DNA of 64,000 nucleotides from Phoronis australis (Eukaryota > Animalia > Phoronida): the NCBI GenBank assembly GCA_002633005.1, contig NMRA01000001.1, forward strand, positions 1,521,755-1,585,754, written 5' to 3'. The translations under genes were made by a program, and so were the position numbers. Under the pieces are notes generated by a model. It was not told the origin of the DNA and searched no databases. It saw only the letters and a program-made list of their open reading frames with translations. Shown here piece by piece: positions 24,051-36,400 of this stretch (position 1 is its first letter; every line of letters begins with the position of its first letter).

Positions 24051-24465
24051 ATGTCACGATTCGCAGAACGTCATAAACATTTCTTTCCACTGAACAGTAT
24101 CAAGTCAGTTCTCGGTTTGTTCGAAACAGAACTGTCACAAAAAGAAGAACCCGATCTGGCCTTACTTTCCATAATCCTTGGTGCTGTTGAAAATATTTTG
24201 ACTGTAAACCGCGCGCTACCAAATCATTTGGAAGATGCCGCAAATTTGGAACCGATTTTTCCCGTGGTCGATTTGCAAACAGTGGACACCCTGTACTCTA
24301 AATTCGTGAGGTTTATCAAAGACTCTGTTGACCTGTCAGATTACGAGAAAGACTATGCAACTCGGGACTTGATCAAAAAAGTATCTGACGTTATTTGGAG
24401 CACGCTGACACGAAGTGTTTATAAAGACAAAGCTCATCTGCAGTCTCTTTACAGTTTTTTGACAG
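24051..24465 (+). CDS. MEN1: MEN1 coding exon 1
   Basis: [17 protein letters not shown]...[14 protein letters not shown]; acag|gtgtgc donor. Confidence 0.92.
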
Positions 24466-27400
24466 GTGTGCAAAAGGCCGATGATATCGCCGTGAAGCAA
24501 TGTGGTTCAAATTTTCAGTGATCGTTTGCTGTACATTTGGGAAAAGTGCTGTCAAAATTGTTGTTTGGAGAACTAAGAATGTTGCATTCATGAACAGAAG
24601 CTTTGTTTGCCTTTAGAGAGGGATCAACCACTGTCTCTACTGGCACCGCCAGAAGAGTCAGTGGTGCTCATAGGCACTTCATACGCCGTAAGTTTTTTGG
24701 CAAAGTATGCCTCGCACTGACTAAAACATCAAAGTTACATTGTTATAAATACCTTTTGCGCATAGAAGGACACCTTAGGAGCCCGTCGATGCTTTTAATT
24801 CTTTCCAATTCGAACAAATACTCCCGTTATCAAACTTTTTCTTCAACCAGTCCCTCGTTCAGTTCCCAAAACTCGTAACTCACCATTTTGAACACTGCGC
24901 ACGCCAGGGTATATGATGTCATACCACCTGCCGTGCGCAGTGTTAAAAATGGTGAGTTACCGATTTTGGAACTTAATGACTGCTCGAAGGAAAAGTTTGA
25001 TAACAGGAGTACTTGTTTGAGTTGGAAGTAATTAAATACATCGACGGCCTCCTAAGTTGTCCCTCTATGCGCAAAAGGTATTTATAACAAGGTGTCTGAT
25101 TTTTTAGTCTGTGCGAGGCATAATTTGCCGAAAAGCTTTCGGTATGAAGCGCCTATGGGAGGTCTACCATCCTACTGGCAGTGCCAGTTTGCCTGCACTA
25201 ATTGAATATAGTGGTCATTCTTATTTTGAGGTCCTGGGTTGATTTGCATACAACTTCAAAAGCTATCCGTTGGAAAAGTTTGATTTTTGCATGATATCAG
25301 GTTTTTTAACAGCATGACACGTGATAATGCAACGTCATAACTTTTATGCAACTGGGCCCAGACAACCACTGAATAACGGGCATGTTACTCAATGAATATA
25401 ATTGGTTTTCCAAATCAGGAAGCACCGTATTCAACCAGTGCTCATTGGTGGTTGGATGTTCTTATAACTTGTGCCTGGTAGAAGCTTGTCAACAAATTAC
25501 GCCTCACCCTGGCCTGGCAAAACTGTCAAAGTGAAGTTGTTGTGAGTACCATTCGAACAAAGAGGAACACCTTAGGAGAGTGTTGGTGTCTTCAAATCCT
25601 TCCAAATCTATCAAATACAATGTTTGGGGTGGGAGAATTCAGGGACATCGAGGACCTTTAAAGGTGTCCTCTGTGGTTAGGAGGTACTTACTGTAATGCT
25701 GTGATTTTGATGGTTTGGCAGGTGTGAGACAATTTTCCGAATAGCTTCCAGCATACATGGGGCCAATGACATGGCTTTTCTGGTCCATTTCAGTTGGTAA
25801 AACTGTCTATGCCATTGCTTAACAATGAACGGGGATCAATGTTAAATTGCTAAATGGCATGTGGACGATATATGGTAATGTGATCGTTTTTGTTTTTGTA
25901 CATGCTTTGTTATGTTACCCGTTGGTTTTATGTAACCAGGGTATTGACACCTGAATCAATAATAGTCTGGTGGCTATAAACTGGTATTCCTACTCAGAAA
26001 CCAACTTTTGTTTTTGACCGTGTAACATTTTGAAATTTGTCTCAAATTGTTATGCGCCCACATATTTATATGTGGACGCATTATTCTCTATTCATATTAA
26101 AGATAAGTTGTTGCCTTGGAAAAACGGAGTTAATTTATGCTTGAGACCAGACTCTACAAATTGGATTTTCACAGCACTTTATGTGCCAAGCATGGTCTCA
26201 AACGACAGCGAAAAATAACTTTTTTCAAAACCCAGACACCACACTAGTACGGTATGTCTCACATGGGTTAAGAACTAGTTGATGTCAGTTAATGGTCAGT
26301 TGTCTAAGTCAGTTTCTTTTATAAACATGATGCTTTGATTTACTGACATTTTTGTTGCAGGAGCTGCTGGAACACTAGCCTTCTGCCAAGGAGTAAATTA
26401 AGTTTTGTTTCCCCTAATGATTGAGTGACCATGAAACATTTGCGATTCAAAAATGTTTTATTTTGCACCTGTCAAAAGAATTTTTTTCTTTTGTTTGTTA
26501 TATAACACATTTCTGACATCGAAAATGAGTGCGCTCTGACAATGACAAGTGGAAAGAAAACATTTTACCTCCATTCCTACCTATCATAAACTAGTGGGGT
26601 TCTGGAGGGGAAATCGACCATAATTTTAAAGCCAACTTCGTTCTGTTTAGTTGGCTAAGAAACGCAAGTCAATTTGGGCCTTTTACTCTCATCAAATTGG
26701 TTATGTAATATTTCTTTCCATGATAGGATTCCATGCCTGTAAGAAAATGCTTCAGAAAATATGGTGCATGTGCGTATGTGGTGCATGCACACAATGTGGT
26801 GCATGTACGCAATATGGTGCATGTACGCAATATGGTGCATGTACGCAATATGGTGCATGTACGCATGTGGTGCATGTACGCATGTGGTGCATGTACGCAA
26901 TGTGGTGCATGCACACAATGTGGCGTAAGTACCCACATGTACGCATTACCTGCGTCTTGAGTTGGCAAAAGATTTATAGAATCCCATCGCTATAAGGAAT
27001 ATCATGAGATGGTTAATGAACGAAAAAGGCCCAATTTGATTTTTGTTTTACATCCAGCTAAACGAGGCAAAATGCAGCTTTAAGGACAGACTTAATTTAT
27101 TGTTTAGCTCTCAGTGATATCAAATGAAATCCATTTTTTGTTCACAGGGAACAAGTTGGACTGCTTCGGTGTGGCATTCAGCCTTGTAGCAGCTTGTCAG
27201 CTACTGGGATTTAAAGATGTCCATCTAGCGCTCTCCGAGGACCACGCTTGGGTGGTTTTTGGGGAATGTGGTTCAGAGACTGCTGAGGTCACATGGCACG
27301 GTATAGGGTTTGTTTTATTTGGTCTAAAATACAAGCATATAAATCATGCTTGAGCTTTATGCTTAATTGTTGCATGTGTGTGCGACATGGCCAAACCAGC

Positions 27401-30400
27401 TAGAGAATTTTGAGTCATGCTGTTGAAAAAGTTGAAAACACGAGAAATGGATCTCCTGATAACGAAGATAATGTTGATTTCATTTTCATTAATAGTTGGA
27501 TGCTGTCTTGATATGTTTTGAAGACATTTCAAAGATCCACACTGTACTAATTAGGTCAAGTTGAAATTGCAAACTTCTTAGTGACTGAAATAAACCAAGT
27601 TTTTGGTGGTGAATCTTTCCCTTGAAGCAGTCAATGAACTCACCCAATTCATTTCATGATTTTAATAAGTGTGAAAAACTCACTATACTATAAAGCAAAA
27701 CAATGGCTTCTTCTGCAAAACCTAGAAGAGGGATTTCTCGATGGTACTGCAGAGGGCTATAGGTTATCATGTGGTTTCAAACAGGTGTTTCGTACACTTT
27801 ACCCAGCTTGGTGACCAGCCCACATCTGTGATTTTTATCATGTGGTTTATGAAGTGACCTTAGCCTTTCTATCATTAGGAATGCAGAAAATAGTTTTATT
27901 TAAATATTAAGGATTTTAAACTTATTTGAAAATACTACTAACACGTGCATTTTTATAGACTATTTTGCTCCGTGTGTTTTTGTCTCCAGAGCACAGCTTG
28001 CTGTCATATCTCTTGCATACCACTTGTCTCCAGCCCCTCATTCTCTCGTCTAATCATACATGATAAAAGTCATGGGCTCATTGCTGATTAAGTGATAACA
28101 TATCTATTGTTCTAGTGTCCGTCCATAGATAGTCCAGCAATGTTGAAGCTGTCAACACACATAGTCATGGTGCATGTGTCAGATAACGATATAACATCCT
28201 GGACTTCTCAACTATTGATTTTAAGGGCAGTTTCGTTTGTTTGTAAAATTCAGGACGCGATTGTGTGGGGGTGTGTATGTGACAGCTGGTTACCTTATTG
28301 TCTAGAGATATGCCAGTACCATTTCTTCGCATAGACCACCAATGTTTTTGAAATATTCTTCAGAATATCTTTGATATAATAATTACGAACCATAATTTTG
28401 TATCTAGACTCGTAACTGAAGTGTTTTCAAAATGCAACGAACTACTTGGATTTTGTGATCAGGACCATGACCTCTGACCTCTGACCTCAAAGATTAACTG
28501 AGCAGAGTTCATGCCATGGACATGTTTTTACTGAGTCTATATCCTAGACTGTTCTCTTCTACCTAATGTAGGAGGTAATTTTTAGCTTATTTTGCACAAA
28601 AAATAATTGCCAAAAGTGTTGTTTTTCTATTTTTCTAAAGACTCTGAGATAACTTTACTACAATTATTGGAAAATTCACCAAAAAGTTGGTTTATGACAT
28701 CTACGCAGTACAAACCATGCTAGCTGTACACTAAAAATTTCTTAATCTTTTTTTGTGTAGAATTTTGACAAAATAGAATTACTCTTGTCTGTCGTATTGT
28801 TACGTAAATAAGTGAAGAATTCACTTAACACACTACCTTGACAATTGAGAAAATAGACCCCTGAGATAAAGCAATAGATGAAAAACCTGTGGGCTTAATG
28901 TGCCTATTATGTGACTCTTGAGCACACATTCTTGAGAAATGATCAGGGGCCAGGGGCCTGTTCCAAGAAACGGACTTAAGTTCATTTTTTACTTAAGTTT
29001 AAGATTTGTCTTAACTTCCAAACTGTAACTTCCACATTCGATAAGTTAGTCAAAATTAAGACAAAACTTATGCCAAACACTTATTAAGTCAAACTAAAGA
29101 TTTCTCTCTTCAATTGGTTTTGAGACAAATTTAACTTTTATTTAAAAATTTACTAGAATTTTTTAACATTTGTCTTAGCTAAGTCAGTTTTGTTGGAATG
29201 GGCCCCTGGACTTAATCATAAAAAAATCATTTTCTGCAAATCATGTGGGCCTAATCCAGGTGAAAGGAAAATTTTCTTGCTTTTGCTATCTACTACATCT
29301 GACCCGTTTTGGTTTGTTTGTGTTGCAGGTAAGGGTAATGAAGACAAGCGAGGTCAACCCATCAATGTGGGGGTGGCAGAAAAGAGCTGGCTCTATTTAA
29401 ACGGACACCCTGTGGTTTGCACAAGGTGCACCGAAGTGGCAGCCATTGTGTCGAGCATCAACCCCACGATCAATGCATGCACAGACAGTGTAGAGATGGG
29501 CTCGCTCCAACAGGTGTGGTTTATTTGAGCTGTTTGATGAAACTTTTCAGTTGTATGATTTCTCAAATATTGTCCAAAATTTGTGGATACAGCGCTGCTG
29601 CTGGTAAGAAAGTTTCACCAAATGTTGCTCGATGGTTGCTGTGCATCTCAAACTACACTAACAAGTTAGTGAAACTTTTATTTGGGGATTACAGTTTTCA
29701 CAAAATTTTATTTTACTGCAAAGAATTTCTGAAAAGCATTTTTATGCGCCCACATATTTATATGTGGACGCATTATGCCGTCATCTCCGTCCGTCCGTAC
29801 GGGCGGCGTCCGTCCGGCGTCTGGCGTCCGGCGTCCGCTGCTCTATCTCCAAAACCCTTTGACATATGTTCATGAAATTTGGCACATATGTTCCATTCAT
29901 GAATGGGACGGCATGTGCGAACTTTCGGATGGATCCGACTACCGGTGTGCCCCCTAGTGGCAATTTGAGTTTTTTACGCTTACCTCTGTATCTTCAAAAG
30001 TCCTGAACGGATTTTCATGAAATTTGGTATGTAGGCACTTATTAGTGAGATGCCGCTGTCCTCCCGTTTTCAGATGGATTCGACATAGTTTGCGCCACCT
30101 AGTGGCCATTTTTAGTGTTTTCGAGTGTGTTTTTGAGCGTCCACCCCTCTTATCAACCAAACCGCTCAAAGGATGGTTGTGAAAATTGGCATGTATGTGC
30201 TTACTACAAAGATGACAGCTGACAATGATTTTCAGNGTGATCAGGAGCATGACCACTGACCTCAAGCATTAACTGAGCAGAGCTCATGCCATGGACATGT
30301 TTTACTGAGTCTATATCCTAGACTGTTCTTTTGTACCTAATGTAGGAGGGAATTTTTAGCTTATTTCGCATAAAAAATAATTGCCAAAAGTGTTGTTTTT

Positions 30401-33400
30401 CTATTTTTCTAAAGACTCTGAGATAACTTTACTACAATTAATGGAAAATTCACCAAAAAATTGGTTTATGACATCTACGCAGTACAAACCATGCTAGTTG
30501 TAGACTAAAAATTTCTTAATCTTATTTTTGTGTATAATTTTGACAAAAGGTCTGTCGTGTTGTTACATAAATAAGTGAAGAATTCACTTAACACAATACC
30601 TTGACAATTGAGAAAATAGACCCCTGAGATAAAGCAATAGATAAAAAACCTGTGGGCTTAATGTGCCTATTATGTGACTCTTGAACATACATACTTGAGA
30701 AATGATCAGGGGCCAGGGGCCTGTTCCAAGAAACTGACTTAAGTTCATTTTTGACTTAAGTTTAAGATTTGTCTTAACTTCCAAACTTTGTAACTTCCAA
30801 ATTCAATAAGTTAGTCAAAATTAAGACAAAACTTATGCCAAACACTTATTAAGTCAAACTAAAGATTTCTCTCTTCAATTGGTTTTGAGACAAATTTAAC
30901 TTTTATTTAAAAATTAACTAAAATTTTTAAAGATTTGTCTTAGCTAAGTCAGTTTTGTTGGAATGGGCCCCTGGACTTAACCATAAAAAATCATTTTCTG
31001 CAAATCATGTGGGCCTAATCCAGGTAAAAGGAAAATTTTCTTGCTTTTGCTATCTACTACATCTGACCCGTTTTGGTTTGTTTGTGTTGCAGGTAAGGGT
31101 AATGAAGACAAGCGGGGTCAACCCATTAATGTGGGCGTGGCAGAAAAGAGCTGGCTCTATTTAAACGGACACCCTGTGGTCTGCACAAGGTGCACCGAAG
31201 TGGCAGCCATTGTGTCGAGCATCAACCCCACGATCAACGCATGCACAGACAGCGTAGAGATGGGCTCGCTCCAACAGGTGTGGTTTATTTGAGCTGTTTG
31301 AAATTTTTCACTTGTATGATTTCTCAAAAATTGTCCAAAATTTGTTTATATACAGCGCTGCTGCAGGTAAGCAAAGTTTTGCAAAATGTTGCTCAATGGC
31401 TGCTGTGCATCTCAAACTACACTAACAAGGTTGTGAAACTTTTATTTGGTGATTACGGTTTTCACAAAATTTTATTTTACTGCAAAGAATTTCTGAAAAG
31501 CATTTTATTTATGTATTTATTGTACGGTAATTCTTCACCTCTTTTGCATACAATACGGCGGACAAGTGAAATTCTATTCTATGAAATGTTTCCTCAGAGG
31601 TCTAGATTAAAAATATTTAATCTGTTATCAGCTTGATTTGCACTGAATACATGTCATAAAAGGATGTTTTACATTTGTTTTGTGCGAAATAAGTAGAGAC
31701 TTACTGTAATGTTTAAAATGACCTCGTCAGTGGTGGCACTGCATTCTAAAATACATTAAGTCATTTCTTTCCCTTGTTCTTATTATTTTCAATAAAGAGG
31801 TGCAAGCCAGACTTTAAGGTTCCTTAATGTGAACTTTAAATCTCCTCCCTATGTATCCATGGGTCTACTAAATCCACCTTTCAAAAGTTGAGGACCACTT
31901 CATTTGATTGTAAAAGCAATCCAGCAATCATTACGCTTATACGGAATGACCCAACACACACAACTACTCAATTTGGTTTTTCTTCAGTTCTGCAACTGTG
32001 GACAAACATTGACTTTCACTTTCAATGTACTTCCCCCAGTAATAATTGTTTACCTCCTGTGTTGCAATAATGCTCCTGCTTTAAGTTTTTTAGATTTGTG
32101 GACGCAAAATCATCTGAAAGGCATTCTACAGTACTTACATCTTCCCACAATGTCTTACTAAAGCTGCTTTGAGGTGGTGATGTGGTAACCTCATGTCTAA
32201 AATCTGTTGGTCTTTTTTACTCCAACCAACCAATATAAAATGTTCATCGTTGTCCACCATATACCCACCCGTGCTTGTTCTTCTAAGAACGCTGTAAGAC
32301 CTGAAGATGGCCGGAGAAATGACTGGCCGAAACGTAGCGTCAAAGTAGATGGGCTATAGGTTGATGTAAATAAACCAACACATTTTAGAATGATTTTCTC
32401 ACAAGTTTATTGCCTTATCATTAGATGCATGTTGTATGTATGTTTTTGTTTTTAAATAAAGGTTGTATCTTTGAGTAATTGTGATTTTTTGTTTTCAGGA
32501 ATTACTATGGTTACTCTATGACAAAGGCTATCTCAAAAAGTAAGAATGCTGAGTGATTTCATTCCAGTATGGTGAGGTCTAACTGATGCGTAGGTTTGAG
32601 TGCATGAATTACAACAACTGCACTGCTAAACTTTGCCCGAATCAAGTGAAAATCCGACTTATTTATGTCCGACTTGATATGCATGTTTTACTGCGCTGTC
32701 AATGACGTGGAAAACAAAAACANCCTAGAAGGATACCGTATACGGTGCAATTGTGGGCGCATTTCAACGCTCTGCGTTGCTCTTGTATTTGTATTTATTG
32801 TACGGTAATTCTTCACCTCTTTTGCATACAATACGGCAGACAAGTGAAATTCTATTCTATGAAATGTTTCCTCAGAGGTTTAGATTAAAAATATTTAATC
32901 TATTATTAGCTTGATTTGCACTGAATAACATGTCATAAAAGGATGTTTTACATTTGTTTTGTGCGAAATAAGTAGAGACTTACTGTAATGTTTAAAATGA
33001 CTAAGACCTCATCAGTGGTAGCACTGCATTCTAAAATACATTAAGTCATTGCTTTCCCTTGTTCTTAGTATTTTCAAGAAAGAGGTGCAAGCCAGACTTT
33101 AAGGTTCCTTAATGTGAACTTCAAATCTCCGCCCTATGTATCCAGGGGTCTACTGAATCCACCTTTCAAAAGTTGAGGTCCACTTCATTTGATTGTAAAA
33201 GCATTCCAGCAATCCTTACGCTTATACAGAATGACCCAACACACACAGCAACTCAATTTGGTTTTTCTTCAGTTCATTTGATGCAAAAATGCAGCTGCGG
33301 ACAAACACTGACTTTCACTTTCAATGTACTTCCCCCAGTAATAATTGTTTACCTCCTGTGTTGCAATAATGCTCCTGCTTTAAGTATTTTAGATTTGAGG

Positions 33401-36400
33401 ACGTAAAATCATCTGAAAGGCATTCTACAGTACTTACATCTTCCCACAATGTCTTACTAAAACTGCTTTGAGGTGGTGATGTGGAATCGTCATGTCTAAA
33501 ATCTGTTGGTCTTTTTTACACCAACCAATAAAAAATGCTCATTATTGACCACCATGAGCATGCCATATACTCACCCATGCTTGTTCTTCTAAGAAGGCTG
33601 TAAGACCTGAAGATGGCCGGAGAAATGACTGGCCGAAACGTAGCGTCAATGTAGATAGGCTAGAGGTTGGTGTAAATAAACCAACACATTTTAGAATGAT
33701 TTTCTCACAAGTTTATCGCCCTATCATTAGATGCATGTTGTATGTATGTTTTTGTTTTTGAATAAAGGTTGTATCTTTGAGTAATTGTGATTTTTTTGTT
33801 TTCAGGAATTACTATGGTTACTCTATGACAAAGGCTATCTCAAAAAGTAAGAATGCTGAGTGATTTCATTCCAGTATGGTGAGGTCTAACTGATGCGTAG
33901 GTTTGAGTGCATGAATTACAACAACTGCACTGCTAAACTTTGCCCGAATCAAGTGAAAATCCGACTTATTTATGTCCGACTTGATATGCATGTTTTACTG
34001 CGCTGTCAATGACGTGGAAAACAAAAACAGTGTTATCCTTAGGTGCAATAGTCAGGTAAAACGAAATACAGTAACAGCTCAAGATCTATCAACTTCTAAT
34101 TTGGCCAAAAACTAATATTGTGGTACTATTTCTAGCAAAGTTAAGTCAAGTTGTTTACAAATTTCAATTACATAACAGCATTGTGTATGAATAATTTGGT
34201 AAAGGTTTCTAACTTCTGCTTTTTCTATTCTGGGTAGTATTCTGATATGAGTTATGTTGGAATCACCGCAAATCAACTGCTGCACAAGATAATTTACGAA
34301 ATTTCTATATATTACTACAAACTTAAGTGCGTTAACTGCACTCTTTGAAGAGGCAAAGCATTTCTTTATTTTGAGCCAAAGATATTTCAGTGAGCTGATT
34401 CTGGGACATTTTAACATGTTATTGACGAAATTCCAGAAACTATGCTATTTTCCTGTACGTGCAAGAAGTATGTGTTGTGTGTGCAGTGTTGCAAATTTCC
34501 CTGTCATTTTTTAGGACACCAAGCAAAAATTTTTGCTCAGTCACAAAATAATTACTCGTATCTAACTAAAATATACATATAGTACAACTTCAAATTGAAT
34601 ACATCGCTCATTTTGGAAACAATACAAAGTAAAGAGAAGATGATTAAATTAGATATAAATCACTGTACATAGAAAGGAATACTAATTATAGTGACACTAA
34701 AAACATTGGTTGTCAGTTACTTGGTGTGTGGGTTTTAACAAGAAGATAATGCTTATACTTTGTTTCTGTAGATACCCCATGGCCATTGGTAATCTTGGCG
34801 ACTGTGAAGAGATCGCCCCCACCCCTGGCCGTCCGTCATCCCTTCAGCTGTTCAAGGAGGCAATCCAGAGCAGCGTGACTCACTATGACAACCAACACGT
34901 GTACCCCTACACGTATCTAGGGGGATTCTTGTACAGAAAGGGCCTGTACAAGGCTGCGTTGAAGTCTTGGGCTCAAGCAGCTGATGTGGTTAGAAAGTAA
35001 GTGTGTTCAAAGGATATTATTAAATCTCATTTTAGTTTAATCACACACTGATACTGACCACCACTGATTTTCTTATCTTTTTGAAACAGAGTATTGGTGT
35101 ATAACCCAGTTTCTCATTTTCATTCTTTTGTTTGAAAATTTGTAAGATCAAAATTAAAACTCCTCACTTTGGTTGAAATGTAATTACAATGTTGTGATGT
35201 ATCGTATTTTCAATGTTATTTACAATTACAATGTCATAACGTTATATCTTATTTACAATGTTGCTGTTGCAAATATTGTCCCATAATGTTATACTTTATT
35301 TCCAATATTATAGTAATTACAGTCATAAAACCTTAACATTGTGTCTTGTTTTAAATGTTTTAGTTACAATTATAATGCCATAACCTTACAGTTAAAATCA
35401 AAATACTCTAGCGTTGTGTATTATTTTCATTGTTACAGTTACAATTATAATGCCATGACCTTACAGTTAAAATCAAAATACTCTAGCGTTGTGTATTATT
35501 TTCATTGTTACAGTTACAATTATAATGCCATAATCTTACAGTTAAAATCAAAATACTCTAGCGTTGTGTATTATTTTCATTGTTACAGCTACAATTATAA
35601 TCGAGAGGATGAAGAAGTGTATAAGGAATTCTTAGAAATAGCCAATGAGCTCATTCCACAAATCATAAGAAATTCCCACGATTCTCTGCAGCAGGATGAC
35701 CTGCCAACAAACAACAATAAATCGGAAGACCTCAAGGTGTCGCTAGTGTCCTCGGATGAGCTGTCGTTCCTTCGCGATCCCGAGTGCTACCAATTACTCT
35801 TGTTGTTCTATGACGGAATTTGTGAATGGGAGGAGGGGAGCCCTACCTCCATTCTGCACTCATTCTGGGCTAAACATTTTGTGCAGTCACTTTCCAAGTT
35901 TGATCCCCGCACACGGACACAGTTTGAAGTAGTTGTTGGGGAGGAAGATAAATCTGGCGAGCTGGAGGGCTGCGACGAGCAGATTCCTGTCAAGCCTAGG
36001 CTGAAAAAGGCGAAAAAGTTCAAACATGACCGTGACGAAGAAGAGATGGTGATAAGACACGCCATTGAAGAACTTGAGCACCGAGTTAAAGGTGCGACTG
36101 AATCTGTTACAGACGCACCCAACCCGACTATCACAGCGTTGGCGCACGCATGCAGTGACTCCATATTGAATCCCGATTTTCTGCTTGGCTGCGGTGAACC
36201 ATTCACAATGGGCAGACAGAGTCCAGCGTCAGATAGAGTTGTTGATGTCAATGAGTTTCTCAGCTCAAACGCCAGATCTAGTCCATTTCCAGGACTAACA
36301 ATGGACTCGGTGTTGAAAGCCGAGACGCCAGTCGAAATGAAGATGGCAAAAAGCGAGCGTGCGTCAGAACATGGCAGTTTGGTCGAGGCAAACGTAGACT

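Larger units (their letters stand above)
28455..34029. repeat. Interleaved haplotype duplicates in MEN1 (28455-29741 ~ 30237-31505; 31506-32722 ~ 32786-34029)
   Basis: Single Ns at 30236 and 32723 bracket a contiguous alternative version of the locus. Confidence 0.85.

Noticed and set aside
26651-26995. Cys/His-rich repetitive ORFs resembling a metal-binding protein
   Set aside because: They are translations of an 18-bp minisatellite, open on both strands, inside a MITE within an intron.
29329-33846. Duplicated MEN1 exons 3 and 4 as alternative exons
   Set aside because: Explained by an alternative haplotype inserted between N30236 and N32723; including both copies would shift the frame (185 and 41 nt).
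35341-35588. N-terminal part of the 418-aa ORF as a stand-alone gene start
   Set aside because: It starts at a GTG in intronic repeat sequence; menin homology begins at the 35589 acceptor.
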